Below are positions 1 to 8,135 of a stretch of 64,000 nucleotides of DNA, piece after piece. The stretch covers positions 1,536,001 to 1,600,000 of the forward strand of contig CAWJDT010000001.1 in the NCBI GenBank assembly GCA_963841735.1, given 5' to 3'. The position numbers and the translations under genes were made by a program. Within the stretch, counting starts at the first letter, position 1. Each line of letters opens with the position of its first letter. A model generated the notes under the pieces. That model did no database searches. It saw only the letters and a list, made by a program, of their open reading frames with translations, and had not been told where the DNA came from. This DNA is from an uncultured Actinomycetes bacterium (GTDB lineage: Bacteria; Actinomycetota; Thermoleophilia; RBG-16-64-13).

Positions 1-1619
1 ATCAGCGCGATGGAGAGCGTATGCATCGTCACGCGATTGAGTTCGCCAAAGCGTCGCACTTGAAGCTCGGTCTTGACAAACCCGGAGCGCGACCATCGCA
101 ATATGGTGAGATACAGCTTGACCTTTCGAAACTCGCGCCAGCAGAGGAGGCTGAGGTCAAGACCCTCGCGACCGAGCTTGTGCAGCACGGTGTGTTCGTT
201 GTAGAGCCCGAGGTGCAGCGCTCCAAAGCGAGTCAGGCATCGATCGCTTTGGAGGGTCCAAGGACTCAACTCAGGCTGATGTTTACGAAGATCCTGGGAC
301 TTGGTCACCTTATTCCGCTTGGACGCCGTGGCAGATTCGAGTTACCGTACAGGGGATATGGGATTCTCGAGTGGTTGAAAGAACCCTCGGCCGAAAGACT
401 CCTGCCTGCTGCTGTGGAAGAGGACGCCGGGCCCGAGATCGGGGAGGACGCCGCAGATTCCTCCGGATCCGAAGGCCGTTCGGAGCTGGAGGTGCCGATC
501 GGTACACTCAGAAACGCAGACAGACAGCTCATGATGAGTTTCGCCTCGGATCGCTCTCCCGCTTCTTCTTCTACCGCAGATCAGGGGGGGTCTCTTGTTC
601 CATTGGTGGAAGCTCGGGAATTGCGCGATTGGCTCAAGGAGGTCGACTGGCCGACGACCGGGTATATCGGTGCCTTCGGATTCGAAGACCGCAGCGTAGG
701 TGTTTGGAGGTACTTCCAGCGCCATGGCGTCGCACCTCTGCGAGCCACTATGGTCGAGTACGATAGGCCCGGCAAACGGGCCGACATTGAGGCCGTCTTG
801 GCTGAGCTTGATTGCCCGTGGACATCGGCGAAGCGTGATGAAGAACAGGGAGCCGCGGAGAGCTATGCCCTGTTTGCTCGCCGTCTACTTGTCGGCGCAG
901 AAAGCTGCGCACATCTCCTGATCGACACCACTGCGCTCACAAAGCCGCTCATATACGAACTAGTCAGACAGAGCCTCTCAATCATGGGCCCCACATTGGT
1001 GCTTCATGCCTCTGCCCAATTCTATCCTCCTTCGGACAGCGATTTGGCTGCTGTCCTGCCTTTGGAGGAAAGCGACGTACGCCGAGAACTTGATCGGATG
1101 GTTGGCGGAGAACAGGGGCCGTTCACTTTTGAAACGGTCGCAGATCAACCTCGAGACCCTGGAGCCCCCAATGTCCTGGTCGCATTCATTCCTCTGAAGT
1201 TTCGGCGTGTAGAGACGATCCTGGCGGACCTCAATCCAACTGTGATAGAAGCCATAGCCAGCATGCACTCGAGCGGAGAAAAGGCAGTCCGTTCGGTGGT
1301 CGGTCGTCTTCTGGCTGATGGGTACAGTACGGCTCATGGAGGTGAGACACACGAGTGCGGGGCACTAGATATCTCGGCCACCTACTCCCTACTGCGAGAT
1401 CTGTATCGGCGTCATGCTCTCGAGCAAGGACACAACTTCGACCTGTCGCTCACTGGCAGCAAATTGCACACGGTTGCGACTGCCATGATGGCTTGGGCGC
1501 AGCCAGTGAGTGGGGTCTACTACAGCAGGCCATCGGACTATAACGAGAGCGCCTTCAGCATGGGTACTGGTGAGATCCAGTGCTATCGTCTGATTCCGTC
1601 CCGCAACGGGACGACCTAG
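1..1619 (+). CDS. 3' part of a large putative defence/conflict-system protein with C-terminal Rossmann/CARF-like domains; probably starts before the window
   Basis: 532-aa ORF whose frame is open to the window edge. Motifs GFEDRS, LIDTT.LTKPLI, SLTGSKLHT and VYYSRP.DY..FS.G.G resemble proteins I recall next to ORC/CDC6-like ATPase + PRTase conflict systems. Assignment is tentative. Confidence 0.45.
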   Translation, partial: QRDGERMHRHAIEFAKASHLKLGLDKPGARPSQYGEIQLDLSKLAPAEEAEVKTLATELVQHGVFVVEPEVQRSKASQASIALEGPRTQLRLMFTKILGLGHLIPLGRRGRFELPYRGYGILEWLKEPSAERLLPAAVEEDAGPEIGEDAADSSGSEGRSELEVPIGTLRNADRQLMMSFASDRSPASSSTADQGGSLVPLVEARELRDWLKEVDWPTTGYIGAFGFEDRSVGVWRYFQRHGVAPLRATMVEYDRPGKRADIEAVLAELDCPWTSAKRDEEQGAAESYALFARRLLVGAESCAHLLIDTTALTKPLIYELVRQSLSIMGPTLVLHASAQFYPPSDSDLAAVLPLEESDVRRELDRMVGGEQGPFTFETVADQPRDPGAPNVLVAFIPLKFRRVETILADLNPTVIEAIASMHSSGEKAVRSVVGRLLADGYSTAHGGETHECGALDISATYSLLRDLYRRHALEQGHNFDLSLTGSKLHTVATAMMAWAQPVSGVYYSRPSDYNESAFSMGTGEIQCYRLIPSRNGTT

Positions 1620-1737
1620 CTAGGCGGCTCGTCAGGAGCGACGGGGCCGACGAGACAAAGTCCGGTTGAACTTTCCCGAGTTCAGCGGCTAACCTGTATC
1701 CCCAGTGGGGCGGTCGTAGCCAGCTTGCCCTCGAAGC

Positions 1738-1957
1738 GCGATGCTCTGCTCCACCAGGTCGCGGTCGTGTCGCAGATGGGCGAGCAAGGCCCGGCGCCAC
1801 TCCGCGCCCTTCTCATGCGCCGCCTGGGCGGCCGCGTAGCCCACGACGTTCACGCGCGGGACGATCCTCTCATCGCCCGGGCGAAGGCAGCCCGCAGCCT
1901 TGCGTCGGAGATGACCGCGAACGAACAACCCAGCCCCGGCGTGTTGAAGGTCTTGCT
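1738..1957 (-). pseudogene. Diverged internal fragment of the malY/patB gene (copy of ~11919-12139)
   Basis: Aligns by eye in direct orientation with 11919-12139. Translates IVPRVNVVGYAAAQAAHEKGAEWRRALLAHLRHDRDLVE versus IVPHVNIMGYAAAQAAYEKGAEWLRALLAYLRDNRDLVE. Confidence 0.9.
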
Positions 1958-2248
1958 GGTCCATCTCCCAAGGTGGGACCCCGTGCCTCATGACCACGCC
2001 CGCCTGGTGCGCGTCGCCACCCGCGCCCAGACTAGCGCCCCGCGCCCCCGCACGGCCGGTCAGAACAGCACCAGATCTTGCCCCCCGCTCCTAGGGCCCC
2101 TGCTCCTCGGCCCCCTGCCCCTCGCACCTACTGCTCCCGGGCCACCCGACCGTCCGCGGCACCGCCGGTTAGTCCGCCCCCACGACGCGGTATCTAACAG
2201 GTGTCACTGAAGGGCGTCACAGCACCCCGCCGCCTCACGGAGGTCGCC

Positions 2249-2592
2249 ATGCAGACACGCACACTGGGGAGCGCCGGACCGCGGGTATCCGTGGTCGGGC
2301 TGGGGTGCAACAACTTCGGCGCCAAACTGGACCAGCGTCAGACCACCGCCGTGGTGCACGCCGCCCTCGATGCCGGCATCACCCACTTCGACACCGCCGA
2401 GAGCTACGGGGGCGGGCAGTCGGAGGTGTTCCTGGGCAAGGCGCTGGGTGGCAGGCGGGAGTCGGTGGTGGTGGCCACCAAGTTCCAGGATCGACCGAAG
2501 GGCGAGCCCTACCGGCCGGGGATACTGCGCAGGCGCTCCTGCAGCTGCAGGAGCGGGCAAGGTGGTGCAGGTGGGCGGCGCCAATCTCCACC
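2249..2592 (+). pseudogene. Truncated 5' duplicate of the aldo/keto reductase gene
   Basis: 2246-2536 is nearly identical to 3518-3808 (two synonymous differences seen). It then jumps via AGGCGC microhomology to a degenerate copy of 3915-3977. Confidence 0.95.
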
Positions 2593-2756
2593 TGTGGTTT
2601 ATGCTCTCACGGGCGCCTGCCGGCGAGTGGTAATCTGCGCCGCGCGATGGGACGATCACCGTTGGGGACGTGCGTCTGGAGCGCGAGAACATCGGCGACG
2701 CAGAGGCAGATGTCCGAGTTCGACGGGACCCCGAAGCGCAGCGTGACATGTGGCCG

Positions 2757-2777
2757 ATAATCATGTAATCTGATTAT
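2757..2777 (+). promoter_or_regulatory. Inverted-repeat operator upstream of vapBC
   Basis: ATAATCA-N7-TGATTAT, ~27 bp before the antitoxin start; typical of TA autoregulation. Confidence 0.6.
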
Positions 2778-2803
2778 ATGAGGCTACCGCAAGGAGTTGT
2801 CAG

Positions 2804-3073
2804 ATGCCCGACGTCACCGTGACCAAAGTCGCACGTAACTTCGCCGAGTATGTCAATCGTGTTGCCTACCGGCGAGAGTCGTTCACGCTCGTGCGCGGGA
2901 ACAAGCCGCTTGCCGAGTTGCGTCCGCTGCCGGCTGGGATCTGTCTTTCTGAGCTGCCTGGCTTGTTTGCCTCGCTGCCTCGGCTGTCTGTGACCGAAGC
3001 CGATCTATTCGCTGTCGACCTTGAGACCGCTCGTGGCGAACTCGGCGAGGCGGGCGATGCATGGGAGTCCTGA
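2804..3073 (+). CDS. vapB: Phd/YefM-family antitoxin
   Basis: 89 aa with VTKVARNFAEYVNRV..ESFTLVRGNKPLAEL, AAGGAG RBS, overlaps the PIN toxin gene. Confidence 0.88.
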   Translation: MPDVTVTKVARNFAEYVNRVAYRRESFTLVRGNKPLAELRPLPAGICLSELPGLFASLPRLSVTEADLFAVDLETARGELGEAGDAWES

Positions 3074-3468
3074 TCGACGCCAGCATCCTCATAGAGGCTG
3101 AGCGTGGACGCCTCGATCTTGGGCCTCACGTCGCTCGCCGCGGAGACGAGGACGCTTTCCTCTCTGTGGTCACTGCGAGCGAACTGCTTCACGGCGTGCA
3201 TCGGGCGACCGACCCTGATATCCGAGCCAGACGGGCCGCCTTTGTCGAGGCGGTGCTTGAACGTTTCCAGTTGCTCTCGGTCGATCTAGCCTGCGCCCGC
3301 GCCCATGCCCGGCTGTGGGCCGAGATGCGTCAGACCGGTGCGCTCATTGGCCCGCATGACTTGTGGCTGGCCGCGAGCTGCTTGGCTCACGGACTGACAA
3401 TGGTCACGGGCAACGTCCGCGAATTCGCGCGCGTGCCGGGGCTCGATCTTGAGGTATGGGCAGACTGA
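3061..3468 (+). CDS. vapC: PIN-domain VapC toxin
   Basis: LIDASILI, SVVTASELLHG, IGPHDLWLAA, VTGNVREF.RV.GL. Confidence 0.93.
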   Translation: MGVLIDASILIEAERGRLDLGPHVARRGDEDAFLSVVTASELLHGVHRATDPDIRARRAAFVEAVLERFQLLSVDLACARAHARLWAEMRQTGALIGPHDLWLAASCLAHGLTMVTGNVREFARVPGLDLEVWAD

Positions 3469-3520
3469 GGTGTGGGTCTCGTCGAACTTGCTCATCGGTA
3501 CTGAGGCTGATCACTAGGCC

Positions 3521-4450
3521 ATGCAGACACGCACACTGGGGAGCGCCGGACCGCGGGTATCCGTGGTCGGGCTGGGGTGCAACAACTTCGGCGCCAAACT
3601 GGACCAGCGTCAGACCACCGCGGTGGTGCACGCCGCCCTCGATGCCGGCATCACCCACTTCGACACCGCCGAGAGCTACGGGGGCGGGCAGTCGGAGGTG
3701 TTCCTGGGCAAGGCTCTGGGTGGCAGGCGGGAGTCGGTGGTGGTGGCCACCAAGTTCCAGGATCGACCGAAGGGCGAGCCCTACCGGCCGGGGATACTGC
3801 GCAGGCGCATCGTCGAGGGCTGCGACCTCAGTCTCGGCCGGCTGGGCACCGACTACATCGACCTCTACTACCAGCATCATCCCGATCCGGAGGCGCCCGT
3901 GGAGGAGGCCCTGGAGGCGCTCATGCATCTGCAGGAGTCGGGCAAGGTGGTGCACGTGGCCTGCTCCAACTTCGACTCGGCGCTCGTGGAGGAGGCGGTG
4001 GCTGTCGCCCGCAGGCTGGGCTTCCCGGGGTTCGTGGCCGATCAGATCCACTGGAACCTCCTTTCCCGCGACGTGGAGGCCGGGACGGTGCCGGCGCTCC
4101 GCAAGCACGGCCTGGGCATCGTGCCCTTCTTCCCTCTGGAGGCGGGTCTGCTCACGGGCAAGTACGTGCAGGGGGAGGAGTGGCCCGAGGGCTCCCGGCT
4201 GGCGACCAACCCCCGTTATGCCGGTTTGGCCACCAGGGAGAACCTCGCGCACGTTCAAGATCTGGTCGTCTTCTCCGCCGCTGCGGGACACAGTCTGCTG
4301 GAGCTGGCCTTCGGATGGTTGCTGGCGCAGGAAGGCGTGGCCTCGGTCATCGCCGGCGCCACCACCCCCGAGCAGGTGCTCGCCAACGTGCGGGCGGGGT
4401 GCGCCTGGCGGCTCTCAGAGAAGGAGATGGCGGCGGTGCCGGCGAGGTAG
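3521..4450 (+). CDS. Aldo/keto reductase
   Basis: [45 protein letters not shown]. Confidence 0.95.
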   Translation: MQTRTLGSAGPRVSVVGLGCNNFGAKLDQRQTTAVVHAALDAGITHFDTAESYGGGQSEVFLGKALGGRRESVVVATKFQDRPKGEPYRPGILRRRIVEGCDLSLGRLGTDYIDLYYQHHPDPEAPVEEALEALMHLQESGKVVHVACSNFDSALVEEAVAVARRLGFPGFVADQIHWNLLSRDVEAGTVPALRKHGLGIVPFFPLEAGLLTGKYVQGEEWPEGSRLATNPRYAGLATRENLAHVQDLVVFSAAAGHSLLELAFGWLLAQEGVASVIAGATTPEQVLANVRAGCAWRLSEKEMAAVPAR

Positions 4451-4597
4451 GGGGGCGCGGGGTACGCGTTACGCGCCGCCCGCAATGTCCGCCAAGGTCG
4501 GTCTTTGGTTTGGTGCCACGCCCCTCGAGTGGGCGGCAGTATGAGTCCCGCATGTCCCAGGACAGACTGCTCTTGTCCACGAGAGCATGCAAGATAC

Positions 4598-4628
4598 TTG
4601 ACGGAAACATCATATGACGCGATATACT
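4598..4628 (+). promoter_or_regulatory. Promoter with a TCATATGA palindrome, upstream of the DUF4160 module
   Basis: TTGACG-N19-TATACT (long spacer) enclosing TCATATGA. The same palindrome recurs at 23913-23922 before the paralogous remnant. Confidence 0.5.
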
Positions 4629-4638
4629 GGAGCAGTCA

Positions 4639-4890
4639 ATGGCTCTCTTCCGGCTTGTGTGCGGTGGAGTAAGGGTCGAGGTCTGGGAGGTGGATCACGG
4701 GCCTCCGCATTGTCACGTGAGTGGACTGCATCAGGCGGGAACGGTCGTGGTGGATCTCGTCAGTCTGAGAGTCACCAAGCCGCCGGGGCTCTCGCTTCCC
4801 CCGTTGGTCAGGCGTTGCCTGCGGGACCATCAAGAGGACCTGCTTGAAGCATGGACCCGGGTCATCAGCTACCCGGAACAGAAGGAGTGA
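4639..4890 (+). CDS. DUF4160-family protein (putative TA toxin)
   Basis: 83 aa with DHGPPHCHV and C-terminal HQEDLLEAW. Confidence 0.8.
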   Translation: MALFRLVCGGVRVEVWEVDHGPPHCHVSGLHQAGTVVVDLVSLRVTKPPGLSLPPLVRRCLRDHQEDLLEAWTRVISYPEQKE

Positions 4891-4897
4891 CCATCCA

Positions 4898-5458
4898 GTG
4901 AGCACGAAGACCAGCCCTGAAGTGAGCTCCGTCGCTTATTCCGAGTTGGCGAGAGTGACTGAGGCTAAGTTCCTTGGACTCGACGCGGTGCTTTACGTCC
5001 TCTTCGGCGACGGGCTCGAGAGAGCGGTCCCTTGGACGAGCCTTCCCTTCGCCCGTGGGCTCGCGATGGAGCCGGCGACTGCCCGGGCGGGTCACGGTGG
5101 AGAGACTGTTGTGCTCGCAGACAAGACCGGCCGCGAGGTGAACGTGAGTGCCGAGAGTCTCAGAGCTGCGCTTGATGATCAGTACCGTGCGGCTCTTCGC
5201 CGCGCAGACGACGGCGAGCGCAGGCTGGTAGGGGCGAGGATACGCTCGGTCAGGGAAGGCGCCGGCTTCAGTCAGCTTGAGTTGTCGCGGCGCAGCGGCG
5301 TCGCCCAGGAGTCGCTCAGCAGAATAGAGACGGGCCACACCGATCCGCGTTTGGGCACTCTCCGGAAGGTGGCTCAGGGCATGGGGCTGTCGCTGAATCA
5401 ACTGCTGGAGCGGCTCACCCAGGACGAGATGGCGGCCACGCCAAAGCCGCTGGCTTGA
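4898..5458 (+). CDS. DUF2442-like + XRE HTH protein (putative antitoxin/regulator)
   Basis: GTG start after AAGGAG; N-terminal LYVLFGDGLERAVPW; C-terminal SQLELSRRSGVAQESLSRIETG..DPRLGTL. Confidence 0.8.
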   Translation: MSTKTSPEVSSVAYSELARVTEAKFLGLDAVLYVLFGDGLERAVPWTSLPFARGLAMEPATARAGHGGETVVLADKTGREVNVSAESLRAALDDQYRAALRRADDGERRLVGARIRSVREGAGFSQLELSRRSGVAQESLSRIETGHTDPRLGTLRKVAQGMGLSLNQLLERLTQDEMAATPKPLA

Positions 5459-5485
5459 ACGCACCCGTGCTACGCTGAGTCGAGC

Positions 5486-6685
5486 ATGGGCAACGAAACG
5501 ACCACTCGACAGAAGTACCTCGGCAAAGCTGGACTCGTCATCTTCCTAGGAGCGATCGGCGCATTTCCCGCCCTCTCCACCGACATGTACCTGCCTGCGC
5601 TGCCCGACATGACCGCCTACTTCGGCGTGCCGGAGTATCAGACCAATCTGACGCTGATACTGTTCTTCATCTTCTATGCCGCGGCCCTGCTCATGTGGGG
5701 TCCGTTCAGCGATCGTTTCGGGCGGCGGCCTGTATTGCTAATAGGGATGAGTGCCTACGCGGTAGCGGGCGTGTTCTGCGCGCTCTCGCAGAGCATCTTC
5801 CAGCTCATGGCGTTCCGCGTGTTGCAGGCCATCGGAGCGGCGGCTGCCAGTACGGTGGCCACCGCTATCGTCAAAGACACCTACGAGGGGCGCAGGCGCG
5901 AGATCACTCTGGCCGTTGTGCAGTCGATGACGGTCTTTGCTCCTCTAATAGCGCCCATAATCGGGGGGCAACTCCTGCGGTTCACCTCTTGGCGGGGCGT
6001 GTTCGTCTTCCAGGCCTCCTGGGGTCTGCTGATGTTGATAGGCGCCGTCCTGTATCAGGAGACGCTGCGAGAGAAGCTGGTGGGCGGGGCGCTGGCCTCG
6101 CTCAAACGCCTGGGGGTGGTGCTCCAGAACCGGCACTTCGTGCTGATGCTGACGATCTTCACTTCGGTCAGCATCACTACCATGGCCTTCGTCGCTGCGT
6201 CCTCGTACATCTACCAGGTCACCTTCGGCACAAGTGAACAGACCTTCAGCTTCTTCTTCGCCATGGTCGGGGGGAGCGTCGCCCTTGGCCCACCTTTGTT
6301 CCTGCTGTTGTCGCGCTGGCTGAAGCGCACCACCATCATCACCGGTTGCCTGCTGATGATCCTGGTCGGCGGCGTGTTGGTGATGCTCATCGGCCCGCGG
6401 GGCCCTTGGGCGTTCATCCTGCCCTTGATGCCCGTCGCCGTCAGTCGTTCCTGCATGCGTCCTCCCGCCACATATCTCATGCTCGCGCAACACGAGGCCG
6501 ACGCTGGGTCGATGTCGGGCATCATCCTTTCGGCCCACATGGTGTTCGGGAGTGTGATCACCGTCATCGTATCTCTCAACATCTGGAACCGAGTGGAGCT
6601 GGTGGGCGCGGTGACAGCGGGCCTGGCCTTGTTCAGCGTGATCTTGTGGCTGGTCTTGGGGCTGCCCCGCGCGCGCGGTATCTAG
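5486..6685 (+). CDS. Bcr/CflA-family multidrug MFS transporter
   Basis: LSTDMYLPALP, GPFSDRFGRRPVL, APIIGG; about 12 hydrophobic segments. Confidence 0.93.
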   Translation: MGNETTTRQKYLGKAGLVIFLGAIGAFPALSTDMYLPALPDMTAYFGVPEYQTNLTLILFFIFYAAALLMWGPFSDRFGRRPVLLIGMSAYAVAGVFCALSQSIFQLMAFRVLQAIGAAAASTVATAIVKDTYEGRRREITLAVVQSMTVFAPLIAPIIGGQLLRFTSWRGVFVFQASWGLLMLIGAVLYQETLREKLVGGALASLKRLGVVLQNRHFVLMLTIFTSVSITTMAFVAASSYIYQVTFGTSEQTFSFFFAMVGGSVALGPPLFLLLSRWLKRTTIITGCLLMILVGGVLVMLIGPRGPWAFILPLMPVAVSRSCMRPPATYLMLAQHEADAGSMSGIILSAHMVFGSVITVIVSLNIWNRVELVGAVTAGLALFSVILWLVLGLPRARGI

Positions 6686-6830
6686 GTCTACTCCACCACC
6701 ACTCCGCAGCGGGCGACCATTCCTGCATCCACCTGGATCTCGGGCATGTCCGCGTCCCTTTCTGTCTCGCGCCTTGACTCCGGCCAACTCTATCGGGAGA
6801 GTCGCGGGTGGTCAATGACAGGCAAGGGTA

Positions 6831-6860
6831 TTGACTCGATGTATACACTCAGGGTATAGT
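6831..6860 (+). promoter_or_regulatory. Sigma70-type promoter for the padR operon, probably near-leaderless
   Basis: TTGACT-N18-TATAGT ending 7 nt before the ATG at 6868. Confidence 0.6.
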
Positions 6861-6867
6861 GCACGGC

Positions 6868-7401
6868 ATGAGTGTTTCCTACGCATTGTTGGGCCTGCTT
6901 GACCAGCCGCCCCATCGGGGGAGTCACGGGTACGAACTGAAGAGGCAGTACGACCAGTTCTTTGGTCTTGGCAAGGCCCTGCCCTACGGACAGGTCTACA
7001 GCACTCTGGCCAGGTTGGTGCGCGACGGACGCATCTTGGAGGTGGGCAGCGCCCCCGGGGAGGGGCCGGAACGTCGGCTCTACGCTATCAGCGAGCAGGG
7101 CGAGCAGGACTTCGCCTCGTGGCTCGCGACGCCGGTGGTACCCGAGGCCGATCTGCAGAGCTTGCTGGCCATGAAGATGACCCTCGCCCTGCTACTCAAC
7201 CGCCCGGCCGACGCCTATCTGGATGCTCAGCGGCATGCGCATCTCGAGCGTATGCGCGAACTCACCGCCATGCGTCGGGAGGCGCCATTGGTGGACCAAC
7301 TGCTTATGGACCACGCGCTCTTTCATCTAGAAGCCGACCTGCGCTGGATAGACCTGACCACGGGTCGCCTGGACAACCTTGCCAAGGAGTTGAAACGATG
7401 A
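6868..7401 (+). CDS. PadR-family transcriptional regulator
   Basis: ALLGLL..HGYELK..GQVYSTLARLVRDG..RRLYAI..G; C-terminal HLEADLRWI. Confidence 0.93.
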   Translation: MSVSYALLGLLDQPPHRGSHGYELKRQYDQFFGLGKALPYGQVYSTLARLVRDGRILEVGSAPGEGPERRLYAISEQGEQDFASWLATPVVPEADLQSLLAMKMTLALLLNRPADAYLDAQRHAHLERMRELTAMRREAPLVDQLLMDHALFHLEADLRWIDLTTGRLDNLAKELKR

Positions 7402-8135
7402 GCCACGCTGCCATCCTGTCGTGTGATGACGTCTATCGGTCGTTCGGCGCGACGCCGGCGCTGCGCGGCGTCGATTTCTGGGCCGAGGCCGGCGAGATAG
7501 TGGCCATCATGGGGCCTTCTGGCTCAGGCAAGTCGACGCTTCTGCATTGTCTGGCCGGCATCCTGGTGCCCGACAAGGGTGAGGTGCACTTCGCGGGTTG
7601 TCGGGTAGACAACCTGTCGGAGACGGCGCGAAGCAAGCTCCGTCGGGAGAAGTTCGGCTTCGTGTTCCAGTTTGGGCAACTGGTGCCCGAGCTTACGGCT
7701 GAAGAGAACATTGCCCTGCCCCTTCTTCTAGCCGACCGGTCTCGGGCCGACGCGTTCTCGGCGGCCGCGCCGTGGTTTGAGCGTCTGGGGCTGGAAGGTC
7801 TGCAAGGACGGCTGTCGAGCGAGTTATCAGGAGGGGAGGCGCAGCGCGTGGCCTTGGCGCGGGCGCTCACAGCGCGGCCCCAGGTGCTGTTTGCCGACGA
7901 GCCTACCGGCTCGCTGGATTCTCTTACAGGCGAGCAGGTCATGGACCTCTTGGTCGGAACGGCCAGAGAGCAAGGCACCACCGTGGTCATGGTCACCCAC
8001 GAACCTCGGGTGGCTGCCTATGCAGATAGGGAGGTCGTGGTACGGGATGGGCGTGCGACCGGACTTGGTCACGTTGCCGCGGCCCCGGGCGCCGGCGGCG
8101 CCGGCGCGCTGCAGTTCTGCGGAGACCCGGCGTGA
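7398..8135 (+). CDS. ABC transporter ATP-binding protein (LolD/MacB-like)
   Basis: GPSGSGKS, LSGGEAQRVALARAL, FADEPTGSLD, VTH; ATGA overlap with padR. Confidence 0.95.
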   Translation: MSHAAILSCDDVYRSFGATPALRGVDFWAEAGEIVAIMGPSGSGKSTLLHCLAGILVPDKGEVHFAGCRVDNLSETARSKLRREKFGFVFQFGQLVPELTAEENIALPLLLADRSRADAFSAAAPWFERLGLEGLQGRLSSELSGGEAQRVALARALTARPQVLFADEPTGSLDSLTGEQVMDLLVGTAREQGTTVVMVTHEPRVAAYADREVVVRDGRATGLGHVAAAPGAGGAGALQFCGDPA

